A DNA stretch of 64,000 nucleotides from a virus. Lineage: Duplodnaviria > Heunggongvirae > Uroviricota > Caudoviricetes. The stretch is taken from positions 3,486-67,485 of IMG/VR virus record IMGVR_UViG_3300030332_001481. One strand, written 5' to 3'. The position numbers and the translations under genes were made by a program. The notes under the pieces were generated by a model, which saw only the letters and a list, made by a program, of their open reading frames with translations, was not told the DNA's origin and did no database searches. Shown piece after piece: positions 29,698 through 38,887 of the stretch (its first letter is position 1; each line of letters starts with the position of its first letter).

Positions 29698-30363
29698 ATG
29701 ATGAATTGGTTCTCAAAGATGGAAACTTCCAGCAAGGTCATGGTGATTGGCATTGCAGTCCTATTCTTGGTCGCGGGAATCCTCAGCGTGGTGGCAATTG
29801 TTACCCACACTGAGGCTGGACTACTCACTGGGTGCGCCCGTGGGGACGGCATGATTGACCCCACTGGCGACTGTGACAACATCATGTGGGAGCGATCTGA
29901 TTTCCCCCTTCCAGTATATGTGTCCAGCTCAAACCCCCATCCTCCGGCAGACCCTCAGCAGGCGACACAGTCGGCTATCGATCTCATCAATAGCCGTCTG
30001 GGCTTCACCGCCTTGCGTCAGGTCGCTGATGTAACTGAAGCTCGTATCCGTATCGATTTCGAGGGAGCCGCCGAGGTTGGTGGTCCTATGTCCGACCCAG
30101 GCGGCGTGGTTCACCACCGACGCGACGCGGAGGGTAGGCTTCACTGCGACATGTACACCTGGAACAACGGGTCTATCACCGTAGTCGATGGCGTCCTGAT
30201 TCACGAGCTGGGGCACTGTTTGGGACTCGCTCACGATGACTTCCCGGACTCTGCGATGTACGACCAGTTTATTGTGACTCTGGGAGCTGAGCGCATCAGC
30301 AGGCTCCGCATCACGGACTACGACAGGTCCCTGCTTAGGGACCTGTACCACGAGGCTGACTAA
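29698..30363 (+). CDS. Membrane-anchored metzincin (matrixin/M10-like) zinc metalloprotease
   Basis: N-terminal TM helix; HELGHCLGLAH (HExxHxxGxxH) and SAMY Met-turn. Confidence 0.85.
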   Translation: MMNWFSKMETSSKVMVIGIAVLFLVAGILSVVAIVTHTEAGLLTGCARGDGMIDPTGDCDNIMWERSDFPLPVYVSSSNPHPPADPQQATQSAIDLINSRLGFTALRQVADVTEARIRIDFEGAAEVGGPMSDPGGVVHHRRDAEGRLHCDMYTWNNGSITVVDGVLIHELGHCLGLAHDDFPDSAMYDQFIVTLGAERISRLRITDYDRSLLRDLYHEAD

Positions 30364-30378
30364 CCCTGGCCATACTAG
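30361..30378 (+). promoter_or_regulatory. Conserved 18-bp motif TAACCCTGGCCATACTAG, copy 2
   Basis: Begins at the upstream stop codon, just before an AAGGAGG RBS and ATG 30398. Confidence 0.55.
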
Positions 30379-30397
30379 GTCGTAAGGAGGTGCTCCC

Positions 30398-30739
30398 ATG
30401 GCATACAAACCCATCGACCCCGAAGACCTGCGGGTAGCAGCACTAGAGAGCGTCTACGTCCTGACTCGGGATAACGAGAGCGCAATCATCGAGAGCGACC
30501 AGGTGTGGTGCATCAGCTGCTCCAGGACTTTCAATGCCAAGCGTGTGACAGTATTTGCTTGTGGACAGGGATTCTGCCCTCACTGTGGTGAAACGGGTAT
30601 CGTCCCTGACCACTCCCTCCCTGAGGACGTGGACATGACCAAGACTCTTTTTGGGGAGTTGAGCGAATACTTCCATATGCGCGGGATCACAGACCCTGAG
30701 TCCGACTTCGACGAAGTTTCTTGGATCTTTGTGGGCTAG
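30398..30739 (+). CDS. Small zinc-ribbon protein (CxxC...CPxCG)
   Basis: WCISC...FCPHCG; strong AAGGAGG RBS. Confidence 0.75.
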   Translation: MAYKPIDPEDLRVAALESVYVLTRDNESAIIESDQVWCISCSRTFNAKRVTVFACGQGFCPHCGETGIVPDHSLPEDVDMTKTLFGELSEYFHMRGITDPESDFDEVSWIFVG

Positions 30740-30791
30740 CTAAAACTATCACCCCTTATGTGGGAATTGAAATCCACATAAGAGGTGCGTC

Positions 30792-31307
30792 ATGGCTAGT
30801 ATTGTTGTTCAGATCATTCTTGGTATCGTCTTCGCGAACTGGTTTGAATGGGCAGCACACAAATATGTGATGCACGATCTGGGACGCCGCTGGCGTTGGT
30901 TGTCTTGGCACTGGATGCAGCATCACCGGAACTCGGCGTTGAACAAGTTCCACGACAAGGATTACCTCAAGAGCCCATTTGATTGGAATTCAAGGGCAAA
31001 AGAGATACTAGGGCTAGCGTTGCTAGCTCTTTGTGTTTCACCCGTGTCCTTGCTCGCTCCTGTCATGTATGCAACGATGGTGACCTGGACGGTCCTGTAC
31101 TACGTCACGCACGCCAAGTCGCACCGAAACCCAGAGTGGGCCAAAAAGTACGTGCCTTGGCATTACGAGCACCACATGGGTCAAGCCCCTGACGCGAACT
31201 TCTGTGTGGTGATGCCGCTTTGGGACATCATCCTCGGGACTCGTGTCTATCATGAGACCGATCAGCACGGTAGACTTGTAAAGTTTGGCCGTTCGATGCG
31301 TAAGTAA
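30792..31307 (+). CDS. Fatty acid hydroxylase/sterol desaturase family integral membrane di-iron enzyme
   Basis: His boxes EWAAHKYVMH, HWMQHH, YYVTHAKSH, WHYEHH and NFCVVMPLWDIILGT terminus. Confidence 0.88.
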   Translation: MASIVVQIILGIVFANWFEWAAHKYVMHDLGRRWRWLSWHWMQHHRNSALNKFHDKDYLKSPFDWNSRAKEILGLALLALCVSPVSLLAPVMYATMVTWTVLYYVTHAKSHRNPEWAKKYVPWHYEHHMGQAPDANFCVVMPLWDIILGTRVYHETDQHGRLVKFGRSMRK

Positions 31308-31336
31308 TACTCCAACCACCTCAAGAAGTCTTAGAT

Positions 31337-33538
31337 ATGGCACGCAAGAAAAAGAGCAAGCTCCCCGAGCTTGACCCCAAGCTCACTACGCCTATCGAGT
31401 TGGGCGAGTACTCCAAAACAGCCATGCTCAGGTATGGCTCGTACGTCCTCACCGACCGGGCCGTCCCGGATATCCGTGATGGTCTAAAGCCGGTTCAACG
31501 CCGTATCGCCTGGGCCATGCATGGCCTGAAGCTTCACAAGACTTTCAAGAAGTCTGCGAAGATCGTCGGCGAGACGATGGGTAACTACCATCCTCATGGC
31601 GATATGAGCCTCTACAGTGCCATGGTGAACATGACCTTCGACCGCTACCCTCTGGTAGAGGGTCGAGGGAACTTCGGAGGCCCAGACGACAACCCCGCAG
31701 CTTCGCGGTACACCGAGGCCAGGCTTACGCCTTTCGCGCAGGAGCTACTCCGTGAGATCCACGTCGCGGACATGGTCCCTAACTACTCGGGGGACATGGA
31801 AGAGCCTCTGGTCTTCCCGGCACGGGCTCCCTTGGCGCTTCTGAACGGGTCTCAAGGTATTGGAGTAGGGCTTCGTACCAACATCCCTCCCCACAACCTG
31901 GGTGAGCTGGTCAAGGCCTTGGCCTACTACCTGAAGAAGGATAAGCCACGCCTCGACACCGCGATGAAGTACCTTCAGGGACCAGACTACGGCCCCGGGC
32001 AGGGAATCCTTCTGTCGTCGCAGGAGGAGATTCGTTCTCTGTACGAAAATGGTGCAGGAAGGCTCGATTATCGCTGCGTCTACTCGATTGAGCCGGACAA
32101 GAAGAACAAGCAGATCCAGGTTCTGGTGGTCTCCTCCCTCTGTCCTGGGTTTACGATCTCGTCCTTCATGAAGAAGATGATCAAGCTTCGTGAAGACGGG
32201 CTCATCGAGTATGCTCGAAACCTCTCCAAGGCTGAGGGCATCCGAATTGCCGTGGGCTTCAAGGACCCTCTGGTCATCAACGAGCGGGTCATCCCCGAGC
32301 TGTACAGCTCACAGAGCTACCAGTTCTACGTCACCAAGCGGAACGAGGAGTCTCTGCTCGACGAGACCACCCTCTTCAGTGGTGGCCTGTTCCGGCTGTT
32401 CGACGAGTTTCTTCACTTCCGATCGATGGTGGAGAAGCGTCGCCTGAAGAGCGAATGGGCCGAGGCTAAAAAGCGACTCGTCAAAGCTCAGGCTATCCTC
32501 AAGGCTATCGACTCACTCGACAAGGTGTACAAGGTCCTCAAGGAAAAGCACACCTCCCTCGCAGAAATGCGTTCGCGACTCGCAGAGGAGCTAGACCTGA
32601 GCGAAGAGGCTGCACAGTTCGTCCTGGACATGAAGGTCCATCGTCTGGCTCGTATGAACGCCGACGAGCAGCAGAGTGAGATCGACGGCATCAACGACCA
32701 GATGCGGAAGATCAAAGCAGACGCCGCCGACATCAAGGGGGTCATTCTTCGGCATCTCAAGGCTCTCCTGGAGTACGACGACGAACGCGGCATGGTGGCT
32801 GACTACCTGACGCCAACCAAGCCCCCTTCCTTGAAGGTAGGGAGTGCGCCAACCAAGTACGTGCTGCGACAGGGCACCAAGATCACACGGTTCGACGAGG
32901 CCCCCTCCCGACGCCGATCAAATATCGACGACCTGGTCTACGACACCGCGTCCGTGACCGTTGTTTGCCGGGACAACTCGGCCGAGCAGCTACAGCTGTC
33001 CTACTTTTCTGAGCATGCGGCGAGCCAGGACGTTGTGGGATTGATTCCGGGTGGTTGTGATATTGTTGTGGCCCTCGATAAGAGGTCTTACGTGGTTGCC
33101 CTGGACCACTCCATCAAGAAGACGAAGTTCGACGTCATGCGTGACGCAGTAGAACTGGTCTCCGCCGTCGGGGTGAAGTCCGATGGCTGGCTGGCTATCC
33201 TCAACGAGGAAAAGGGCAAGGGGTGGCTCCTAAGGGCATCAGATCTGTCTGTGCGTAAGACCACCTTCTCTCGTGGGACGGGCAAGTACAAGGGAGCTAC
33301 GAAGCTCATCCGCCTCAGCGAGGGTGAAGAGCTGTACGAGCAAGGCTCGGGTCGTTGTATCACCTGTTCCGAGCCTGGCACGTTTACCTTCAAGGACAAG
33401 GTCGTAGCTCTAGGTCTTCGAAATCACGTCATCGATACTTCAGGGAAGGCGCATCATCTATCTGGGGATGAAGCTCTTGCACTTCTTGTAAAGGCTGAAC
33501 TAGCACACAGCTGGACACTGCCTTCACAAGAGGACTAA
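31337..33538 (+). CDS. gyrA: Type IIA topoisomerase subunit A (GyrA/ParC-like)
   Basis: RAVPDIRDGLKPVQRR, YHPHGD, AASRYTEARL (catalytic Tyr), GIGVGLRTNIPPHN; diverged CTD. Confidence 0.95.
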   Translation: MARKKKSKLPELDPKLTTPIELGEYSKTAMLRYGSYVLTDRAVPDIRDGLKPVQRRIAWAMHGLKLHKTFKKSAKIVGETMGNYHPHGDMSLYSAMVNMTFDRYPLVEGRGNFGGPDDNPAASRYTEARLTPFAQELLREIHVADMVPNYSGDMEEPLVFPARAPLALLNGSQGIGVGLRTNIPPHNLGELVKALAYYLKKDKPRLDTAMKYLQGPDYGPGQGILLSSQEEIRSLYENGAGRLDYRCVYSIEPDKKNKQIQVLVVSSLCPGFTISSFMKKMIKLREDGLIEYARNLSKAEGIRIAVGFKDPLVINERVIPELYSSQSYQFYVTKRNEESLLDETTLFSGGLFRLFDEFLHFRSMVEKRRLKSEWAEAKKRLVKAQAILKAIDSLDKVYKVLKEKHTSLAEMRSRLAEELDLSEEAAQFVLDMKVHRLARMNADEQQSEIDGINDQMRKIKADAADIKGVILRHLKALLEYDDERGMVADYLTPTKPPSLKVGSAPTKYVLRQGTKITRFDEAPSRRRSNIDDLVYDTASVTVVCRDNSAEQLQLSYFSEHAASQDVVGLIPGGCDIVVALDKRSYVVALDHSIKKTKFDVMRDAVELVSAVGVKSDGWLAILNEEKGKGWLLRASDLSVRKTTFSRGTGKYKGATKLIRLSEGEELYEQGSGRCITCSEPGTFTFKDKVVALGLRNHVIDTSGKAHHLSGDEALALLVKAELAHSWTLPSQED

Positions 33539-34230
33539 TGACTAAGTACATCGGCATCACAGGTCTCAAGGGCCACGGCAAAGACACTCTTGCGCGCATG
33601 GTGCGGGAGTACGAGCCTCAGTGGCACAACGCCGCCTTTGCATCTCCACTAAAGACGATGGTACAGCGCCTGTTCGGCCTGACCGAGTACGACGTCTATG
33701 ACGAACAGGGCAAGGAGGCGGAACTCCCTCAGCCTATCTTCATGGACGACCATCTCACTCGTATGAGATACGCCACTGGCTTGCAGATCGAGTCGCGGGG
33801 ACTAACTGCCCTGCGCCCCCGCGACCTACTGCAGCTGTTCGGGACTGAGTACGTGAAGAGTATCCAGTCAGACTACTGGATGAAGCTTTTGGACCAGGAG
33901 ACGGCCGATAGCGATTTTGTGTGCATCACAGATCTTCGTTTCCCTGATGAGGAAGAGTGGCTGAACACCAAGGGTGCGTTCATTGTCCGTGTAACACGGT
34001 TGGACCTTCCCCAGGGAGTGGACAGCCACTCATCCGAGTCTTACATTCCCAAAATTCAACCTGATCTAGAGGTATTTACCCGTACTGGCAAGTTTTCTCT
34101 CATGGAGTCAGTGGCTCGTGAGCTTGCCTTCTGCAACTTTGATGTTGCAGCTCTCTACAACATGAAACTAATGCCTGCCATGGCGGATGCCTTGGCAGAG
34201 ATGGTCCCCTACTACCAAGAGGACCAGTAA
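33538..34230 (+). CDS. Deoxynucleoside monophosphate kinase (T4 gp1-like)
   Basis: IGITGLKGHGKDT P-loop, PRDLLQLFGTE, ITDLRFPDE, HSSE. Confidence 0.88.
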   Translation: MTKYIGITGLKGHGKDTLARMVREYEPQWHNAAFASPLKTMVQRLFGLTEYDVYDEQGKEAELPQPIFMDDHLTRMRYATGLQIESRGLTALRPRDLLQLFGTEYVKSIQSDYWMKLLDQETADSDFVCITDLRFPDEEEWLNTKGAFIVRVTRLDLPQGVDSHSSESYIPKIQPDLEVFTRTGKFSLMESVARELAFCNFDVAALYNMKLMPAMADALAEMVPYYQEDQ

Positions 34231-34268
34231 GACCCTGGACGCCGGGATCGTAGGCGTCGGTTCTCCCC

Positions 34269-35069
34269 ATGAAAACGACAACCACCGTTCTCTTTGCTGT
34301 TCTGCTACTTCTTCCCAACCTGGCCCTCGCCATAGACACGCCACCTGTTACGGTAGACGCACTAGGAAGTGCCATCTTTCGTGTAAAGACGGGTGAGAGG
34401 GGCGACATTCGTTGGCCTGAGTGTGGTTCCTACATCCGAGGAGATGAGGCACGCCTGCGTGCCTGGCAGTATGCTTCTCTTTTGGTCTCTGCTCACCAAG
34501 AGTACCCTGAGTTCGACCCGTGGGTAGGGGCTGCCATCATCTTTCAGGAGTCATCGTTCGACCGCTGTGCCATCAGTTCCGAGCAGTGGCGCCAGTTTCA
34601 AGAGGCTTACCAAGACAGGTACGACAGAGACCCCGGAGAGCGGGACATTGCACGCCTCTTGCGAAACCATACCTACCGCAGGTCGCTGGGAATCCCAGCC
34701 TTTGATGCGGGACTGGCTCAGTTTCGATGGCCCGGTGCCGCTGCCCGCAACGCAGGGGTAGAGGATCCTGCGGACTTGCTCGATCCTGAGACTAGTATCT
34801 CGATGCTAGCTCGGGCACTTACTTCTCATTACTCCTCGTGCGAGGAGGATTACAGCGGCACGTACACACGTCCTCTCCGTGATGGTAGAGTTCGCGTAAT
34901 CCGGTACAGGGTGTCGTGTGATGACGGTTACTGGGTGCAGCACAACTCCCCCGCCCGTTTCAACTACAGGTACTACAGCAACATTGTGCATAAGCGTGAC
35001 GCACTAATCGCTGCGTACGAGGAGATTTCAAGAAATGACTCAATCAGTGGAAGTAGAGAAGCTTCGTAA
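34269..35069 (+). CDS. Signal-peptide-bearing lytic transglycosylase (SLT-like)
   Basis: MKTTTTVLFAVLLLLPNLALA signal; AAIIFQESSF (catalytic Glu), DAGLAQF, LLDPETSI. Confidence 0.75.
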   Translation: MKTTTTVLFAVLLLLPNLALAIDTPPVTVDALGSAIFRVKTGERGDIRWPECGSYIRGDEARLRAWQYASLLVSAHQEYPEFDPWVGAAIIFQESSFDRCAISSEQWRQFQEAYQDRYDRDPGERDIARLLRNHTYRRSLGIPAFDAGLAQFRWPGAAARNAGVEDPADLLDPETSISMLARALTSHYSSCEEDYSGTYTRPLRDGRVRVIRYRVSCDDGYWVQHNSPARFNYRYYSNIVHKRDALIAAYEEISRNDSISGSREAS

Positions 35070-35508
35070 CGCCGACCATGTGCGTGAATCGGTCCTGGAC
35101 ACCGACCGCACCTTCTGGGCATTTGGTCTCAGCGAGCATGGCGTCCCTGCCATTGAGCGGGACCCCGCTACGGGGCACCTTGTTGCCCTCATCTTCACGA
35201 GTAAGGACCTCGCGCACAAGTACTGCTACCTGCGCAAGCCTGAGGAGGCTGACAGTATCGTCAGTCTACCCACTCGGCGGATGCAGGTAGGGAACGAGAT
35301 GCGCACCATCCAGTCTGGGATCATCAAGGCTGCGCGGCGTCTGAAGCACGACAACATCAGTGTTGAGTACTTCGTCATCGATCACCCAGGTACCAGGGGT
35401 AAGGCCATGTATGCTCACATCGAGGACCTGACCTACCTGGGTCTGCCGCAGGCCGAGCCAGAGCCGGAGAACGACCTACAGGGTCTTCTCGACGATATGG
35501 AAGACTGA
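35035..35508 (+). CDS. Hypothetical protein, 157 aa
   Basis: ORF overlapping the 3' end of the SLT gene, followed by a terminator. Confidence 0.65.
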   Translation: MTQSVEVEKLRNADHVRESVLDTDRTFWAFGLSEHGVPAIERDPATGHLVALIFTSKDLAHKYCYLRKPEEADSIVSLPTRRMQVGNEMRTIQSGIIKAARRLKHDNISVEYFVIDHPGTRGKAMYAHIEDLTYLGLPQAEPEPENDLQGLLDDMED

Positions 35509-35529
35509 TCTAAGTACTCCGCTCCTTCC

Positions 35530-35566
35530 AAAGGCGCCCCCGCTCAAAAGGCGGTGGGCGCCTTTT
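35530..35566 (+). terminator. Rho-independent terminator
   Basis: AAAGGCGCCC/GGGCGCCTTT stem plus CCGC/GCGG, followed by TTTT. Confidence 0.8.
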
Positions 35567-35594
35567 CAATTCCAGTCCGCGTTATTTGGACGGT

Positions 35595-36644
35595 ATGCCC
35601 GAAGAAAAGCCAGAAGACTTCATCTACTCCGCTGTCCCAATGAGCAAGAAGGAGTCTGTCGCTCGTAGCGCCGAGGCTCGGGTTACTGAGACGGTAAAGT
35701 CCGCCGTCCAGCACCACCTGGCCAGTTTCCTGGATCCCAAGGGGAAGCATCGTAACCTCGTAAATCTGGCTGCGTCTTTCAGTGTGCAGTACGAGACTCG
35801 TATTTCAGGTCCTCGGGACTTGGACGACCCCTCCATCTATGAAGTGCAGCTAGCTCGGCTTTGGCAGGAGCTGCGGCAGAGGTTGCCCTGCATCATCATT
35901 GTCGACACTGGGTTCGCGTACCAGAATCCAGGTCTTGGTGGCCTCGTAGACTCGTGGCCGGTGAGCCGCAGCACGAGCGGGGTGAGCATGTCCATGCTGG
36001 CGACTGTCCCGATTGAGCTGCAGATCGCTGCTATGGATCAGACTTCGTGCGGAGACCTTCGGGATGTTCTCTCCCTCATTCTTGGTCCTCTGACTCACTT
36101 CACCAAGAGCCACGTGATTCGGTCCCTTCGAGGATCCGACAAGTGGGAGGTCCGCCTCCCACTTGAGCCTCAGCAGGCCGGACTGGAGAGCAGAAACGTA
36201 GGAGATGATAGCAAAGACACTTTGTATGTCACCTCCATCTCTCTAGAGACTGTTTTCGAGGGAATTATCCCTATTGGGTTCGACAACCAGATCCAGCGAG
36301 AGCAATTCAATCTCATGGATAACTATGATGGTGTAAATCCTGTTGGATTCCGTTATGAAGATGGGAGTGTGGGACCTCTTCGCAGCTGCCCCTCGGTAGA
36401 TACCATTGAGGTTCCTTCGAGTGTGTGCCTCAACCAACACGCCAAGATCACGGCTGACTGGCTCCCTGTTCATTCACGTTTCATCAGTGATGACCCGAAG
36501 ATTGCGTTGGTGGACGGGCAACGAAAGTCCATCATTCCCAAGCGGCCTGGCACTTTCAATCTAATACTCATGGACTACACCCCCGGCCTCGCGGGCGGAC
36601 CCAAGCCGCTCAAGACCTGGCCCATTCGTGTCATGCTGGGGTGA
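35595..36644 (+). CDS. Probable virion protein (neck/tail-completion-like) with C-terminal Ig-like (Big_2-like) segment
   Basis: C-terminal FISDDPKIALVD...IIPKRPGTFNLIL resembles the Ig-like SDxxIAxVD...G motif; N-terminal assignment is inference. Confidence 0.4.
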   Translation: MPEEKPEDFIYSAVPMSKKESVARSAEARVTETVKSAVQHHLASFLDPKGKHRNLVNLAASFSVQYETRISGPRDLDDPSIYEVQLARLWQELRQRLPCIIIVDTGFAYQNPGLGGLVDSWPVSRSTSGVSMSMLATVPIELQIAAMDQTSCGDLRDVLSLILGPLTHFTKSHVIRSLRGSDKWEVRLPLEPQQAGLESRNVGDDSKDTLYVTSISLETVFEGIIPIGFDNQIQREQFNLMDNYDGVNPVGFRYEDGSVGPLRSCPSVDTIEVPSSVCLNQHAKITADWLPVHSRFISDDPKIALVDGQRKSIIPKRPGTFNLILMDYTPGLAGGPKPLKTWPIRVMLG

Positions 36645-36663
36645 GCCTCATAATTCAAGACTT

Positions 36664-37557
36664 ATGGCATTTTCAGCAGACTCAAACTACGTTCTACTCG
36701 GCGACAACTTAGACGTTCTACGCAAGATTCCTGACGAGTCGGTAGACCTAGTGTACATGGATCCTCCATTTAACACTGGAAACCCTCAGACGCGAAAAGA
36801 CGTCAAGACACTTCAGGACGAAGCCGCGGAGAGAGCCCTTCACGCTTCCGTCATCGAGAAGATGGGGAAGTCGTACTCCTACGAAGACAACTTCGGCGAT
36901 CTCTTTTACCCCTTCATTCGACTGCGCCTCACGGAAGTACAGCGGGTGCTGAAGCCCACTGGGTCTGCCCTGGTCCACTTGGACTGGCGCGAGGCGGCGT
37001 ACATCCGCGTGCTGGGGGACTCCATTTTCGGTAGAGAGAACTTCTTCAACGAGATCATTTGGGCCTACGATTATGGAGGTCGTAGTAAGAGGCGCTTCCC
37101 TCGCAAGCACGACAACATCCTGGCATGGGCCAAGGACGAGAAGCAGCGCTTCTTTGAAATCTGCGACGAGGACCGGATCCCCTACAAGAGCGGTAAGGGG
37201 GGACTCGTCTCAGACGAGAAGCTGAAGAAGGGAAAGCGTAGAACAGATGTTATCTGGCATACGATTGTCCCTACAAACTCCCACGAGAAGACCGGCTACC
37301 CCACCCAAAAGCCTATCGGGCTCCTAGAGATCCTGATTCGGGCTCTTTCCCCTAAGGATGGGCTTGTGCTTGATCCCTTTGCTGGGTCAGGGACTACGGG
37401 TGAGGCCGCAATCCGCAATGACCGCCGGTTTATATTGGTAGACGAGAACCTCCAGGCATTGGAAGTGATGCGAGACAGGTTCAAGCCTTACTTACTTTCG
37501 GGTAAGTCAATCAAGTTCAAGAACATGACAGTTCACGCCTCAATAGGGGCAAAGTAG
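36664..37557 (+). CDS. Orphan DNA methyltransferase (N6-adenine/N4-cytosine, beta class)
   Basis: VDLVYMDPPFNTG (IV) precedes YPTQKP and VLDPFAGSGTT (I); ATG 36664. Confidence 0.92.
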   Translation: MAFSADSNYVLLGDNLDVLRKIPDESVDLVYMDPPFNTGNPQTRKDVKTLQDEAAERALHASVIEKMGKSYSYEDNFGDLFYPFIRLRLTEVQRVLKPTGSALVHLDWREAAYIRVLGDSIFGRENFFNEIIWAYDYGGRSKRRFPRKHDNILAWAKDEKQRFFEICDEDRIPYKSGKGGLVSDEKLKKGKRRTDVIWHTIVPTNSHEKTGYPTQKPIGLLEILIRALSPKDGLVLDPFAGSGTTGEAAIRNDRRFILVDENLQALEVMRDRFKPYLLSGKSIKFKNMTVHASIGAK

Positions 37558-37575
37558 TCAGCAAGGATCAGATCA

Positions 37576-38208
37576 ATGGAAGAAGCACAGACCACCGCCG
37601 CTCAGGTTACCGCCTGGATTCGTTTTGCCTTTACCGCCCCGTGGGCCCTTGTTGGGTGGCTTTGGGTCGTTGTCATGTGCTTCGTCGTCTGGGCAGCGGA
37701 CTTCAAGAAGCTGCGTTTCGAGGGAGCAGGCATTCTGACAGCCGAGTGGCGCCCCTGGGCCGCCCGTTTCTGGCCTTTCTCCACGACCATTGGTCGGGGC
37801 ATCATCTTCTTCCCGGGAGCCCGTGACGCTTCTGACGAGATGGACGAGCGCCTGGAGCGCCACGAGCGCATTCATATTTGGCAGGTGGAGGACCTCATGC
37901 TCCTGAGCTTCATCATTGGTCTCGTCGTGTCTTTCTGCACGGGGGACTTCCTTCTCGGCTTCTTCCTGTGGTGGAGTGGAGGTCTTTGGCAGCTCCCCAA
38001 CTTCGCTACAGCCCTCCTTCGTTTTGGTCACACCCTGCGCTGGCCCACCGAGGGAAAGTGGCACGAGAAGCTCGCTGGTTTCCTCAAGGATCTCTTTCTT
38101 GGGGTGGCGTACCGTGACTCCGAGCACGAAAGGTCGGCCTACGCTCAGACCAGTCTTTGGCCTAATGGTCAGTCTTGGTTCGAGGCCCGCGAGGGCCAGC
38201 GTAAGTGA
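37576..38208 (+). CDS. Membrane protein with HExxH motif (putative zincin peptidase)
   Basis: TM helices; ERHERIHIWQ; downstream EHERSAY. Confidence 0.55.
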   Translation: MEEAQTTAAQVTAWIRFAFTAPWALVGWLWVVVMCFVVWAADFKKLRFEGAGILTAEWRPWAARFWPFSTTIGRGIIFFPGARDASDEMDERLERHERIHIWQVEDLMLLSFIIGLVVSFCTGDFLLGFFLWWSGGLWQLPNFATALLRFGHTLRWPTEGKWHEKLAGFLKDLFLGVAYRDSEHERSAYAQTSLWPNGQSWFEAREGQRK

Positions 38209-38212
38209 TTCA

Positions 38213-38239
38213 AATCAGGTCACAAAAAACGACCTGATT
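38213..38239. terminator. Stem-loop AATCAGGTC-N9-GACCTGATT
   Basis: 9-bp perfect stem immediately after the stop at 38208. Confidence 0.55.
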
Positions 38240-38311
38240 ATCGTTACCTATAACTAGGTCATCTCCGACCGCAACTTTCACGTCCTTTTCCCCTGGACCC
38301 AGGCATTACCA

Positions 38312-38797
38312 ATGAGCGACACCGTTCAGACCCTTCTTAGTCAAATTGCTCGTCTTGCTGAGACGAGGAATCTCGATGACGTCTCCACACGTCTAGCCTC
38401 GCTTCAGCGGGAAATCAACTGCAACCGCTCAGTGACAGCTGCCAAGGGCGATCAGATTGAGATCGAGTCCTGGCCCGATTTCCTGAACTGGTGGAACAAC
38501 AACCGGGGGCAGAACCTGACCTACATCTTCATGGATACCTACGGAGGAGACTCTGAGCAGGTGACCATGGTCAAGAAGTTGGTTCGCGACGCCGAGAAGC
38601 ACGAGAAGGATCTGCACGAGTTCTACCTTCGTCTGCGCGACCTGGCGTCGCAGCAGACGCAGCAGGCCCCTGTAGATGATGGCCAGGAGTCAAACCCCAC
38701 AGAGGGACCCGGCCCAGTTGACGTTGATGGTGCGCCTGGCCTTGGCGAGGACATGACAGAAGACGACTCTCTTGACGAGATCGCTCTAGACCTTTGA
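38312..38797 (+). CDS. Hypothetical protein with acidic C-tail, 161 aa
   Basis: Clean ORF upstream of the sheath gene. Confidence 0.7.
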   Translation: MSDTVQTLLSQIARLAETRNLDDVSTRLASLQREINCNRSVTAAKGDQIEIESWPDFLNWWNNNRGQNLTYIFMDTYGGDSEQVTMVKKLVRDAEKHEKDLHEFYLRLRDLASQQTQQAPVDDGQESNPTEGPGPVDVDGAPGLGEDMTEDDSLDEIALDL

Positions 38798-38887
38798 TTT
38801 CGGGCGTGTAACCCACGCCCTCAATGACTAATAATAACGAATTCTCCGTCTACAGGGAATCCTGAGTGCGGAGTGAGTTGAGGAAAA

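Noticed and set aside
24426-33538. Inteins or introns in PolA, GyrB or GyrA
   Set aside because: Motifs are colinear at normal spacing; no intein C...HN signature or ORF breaks seen
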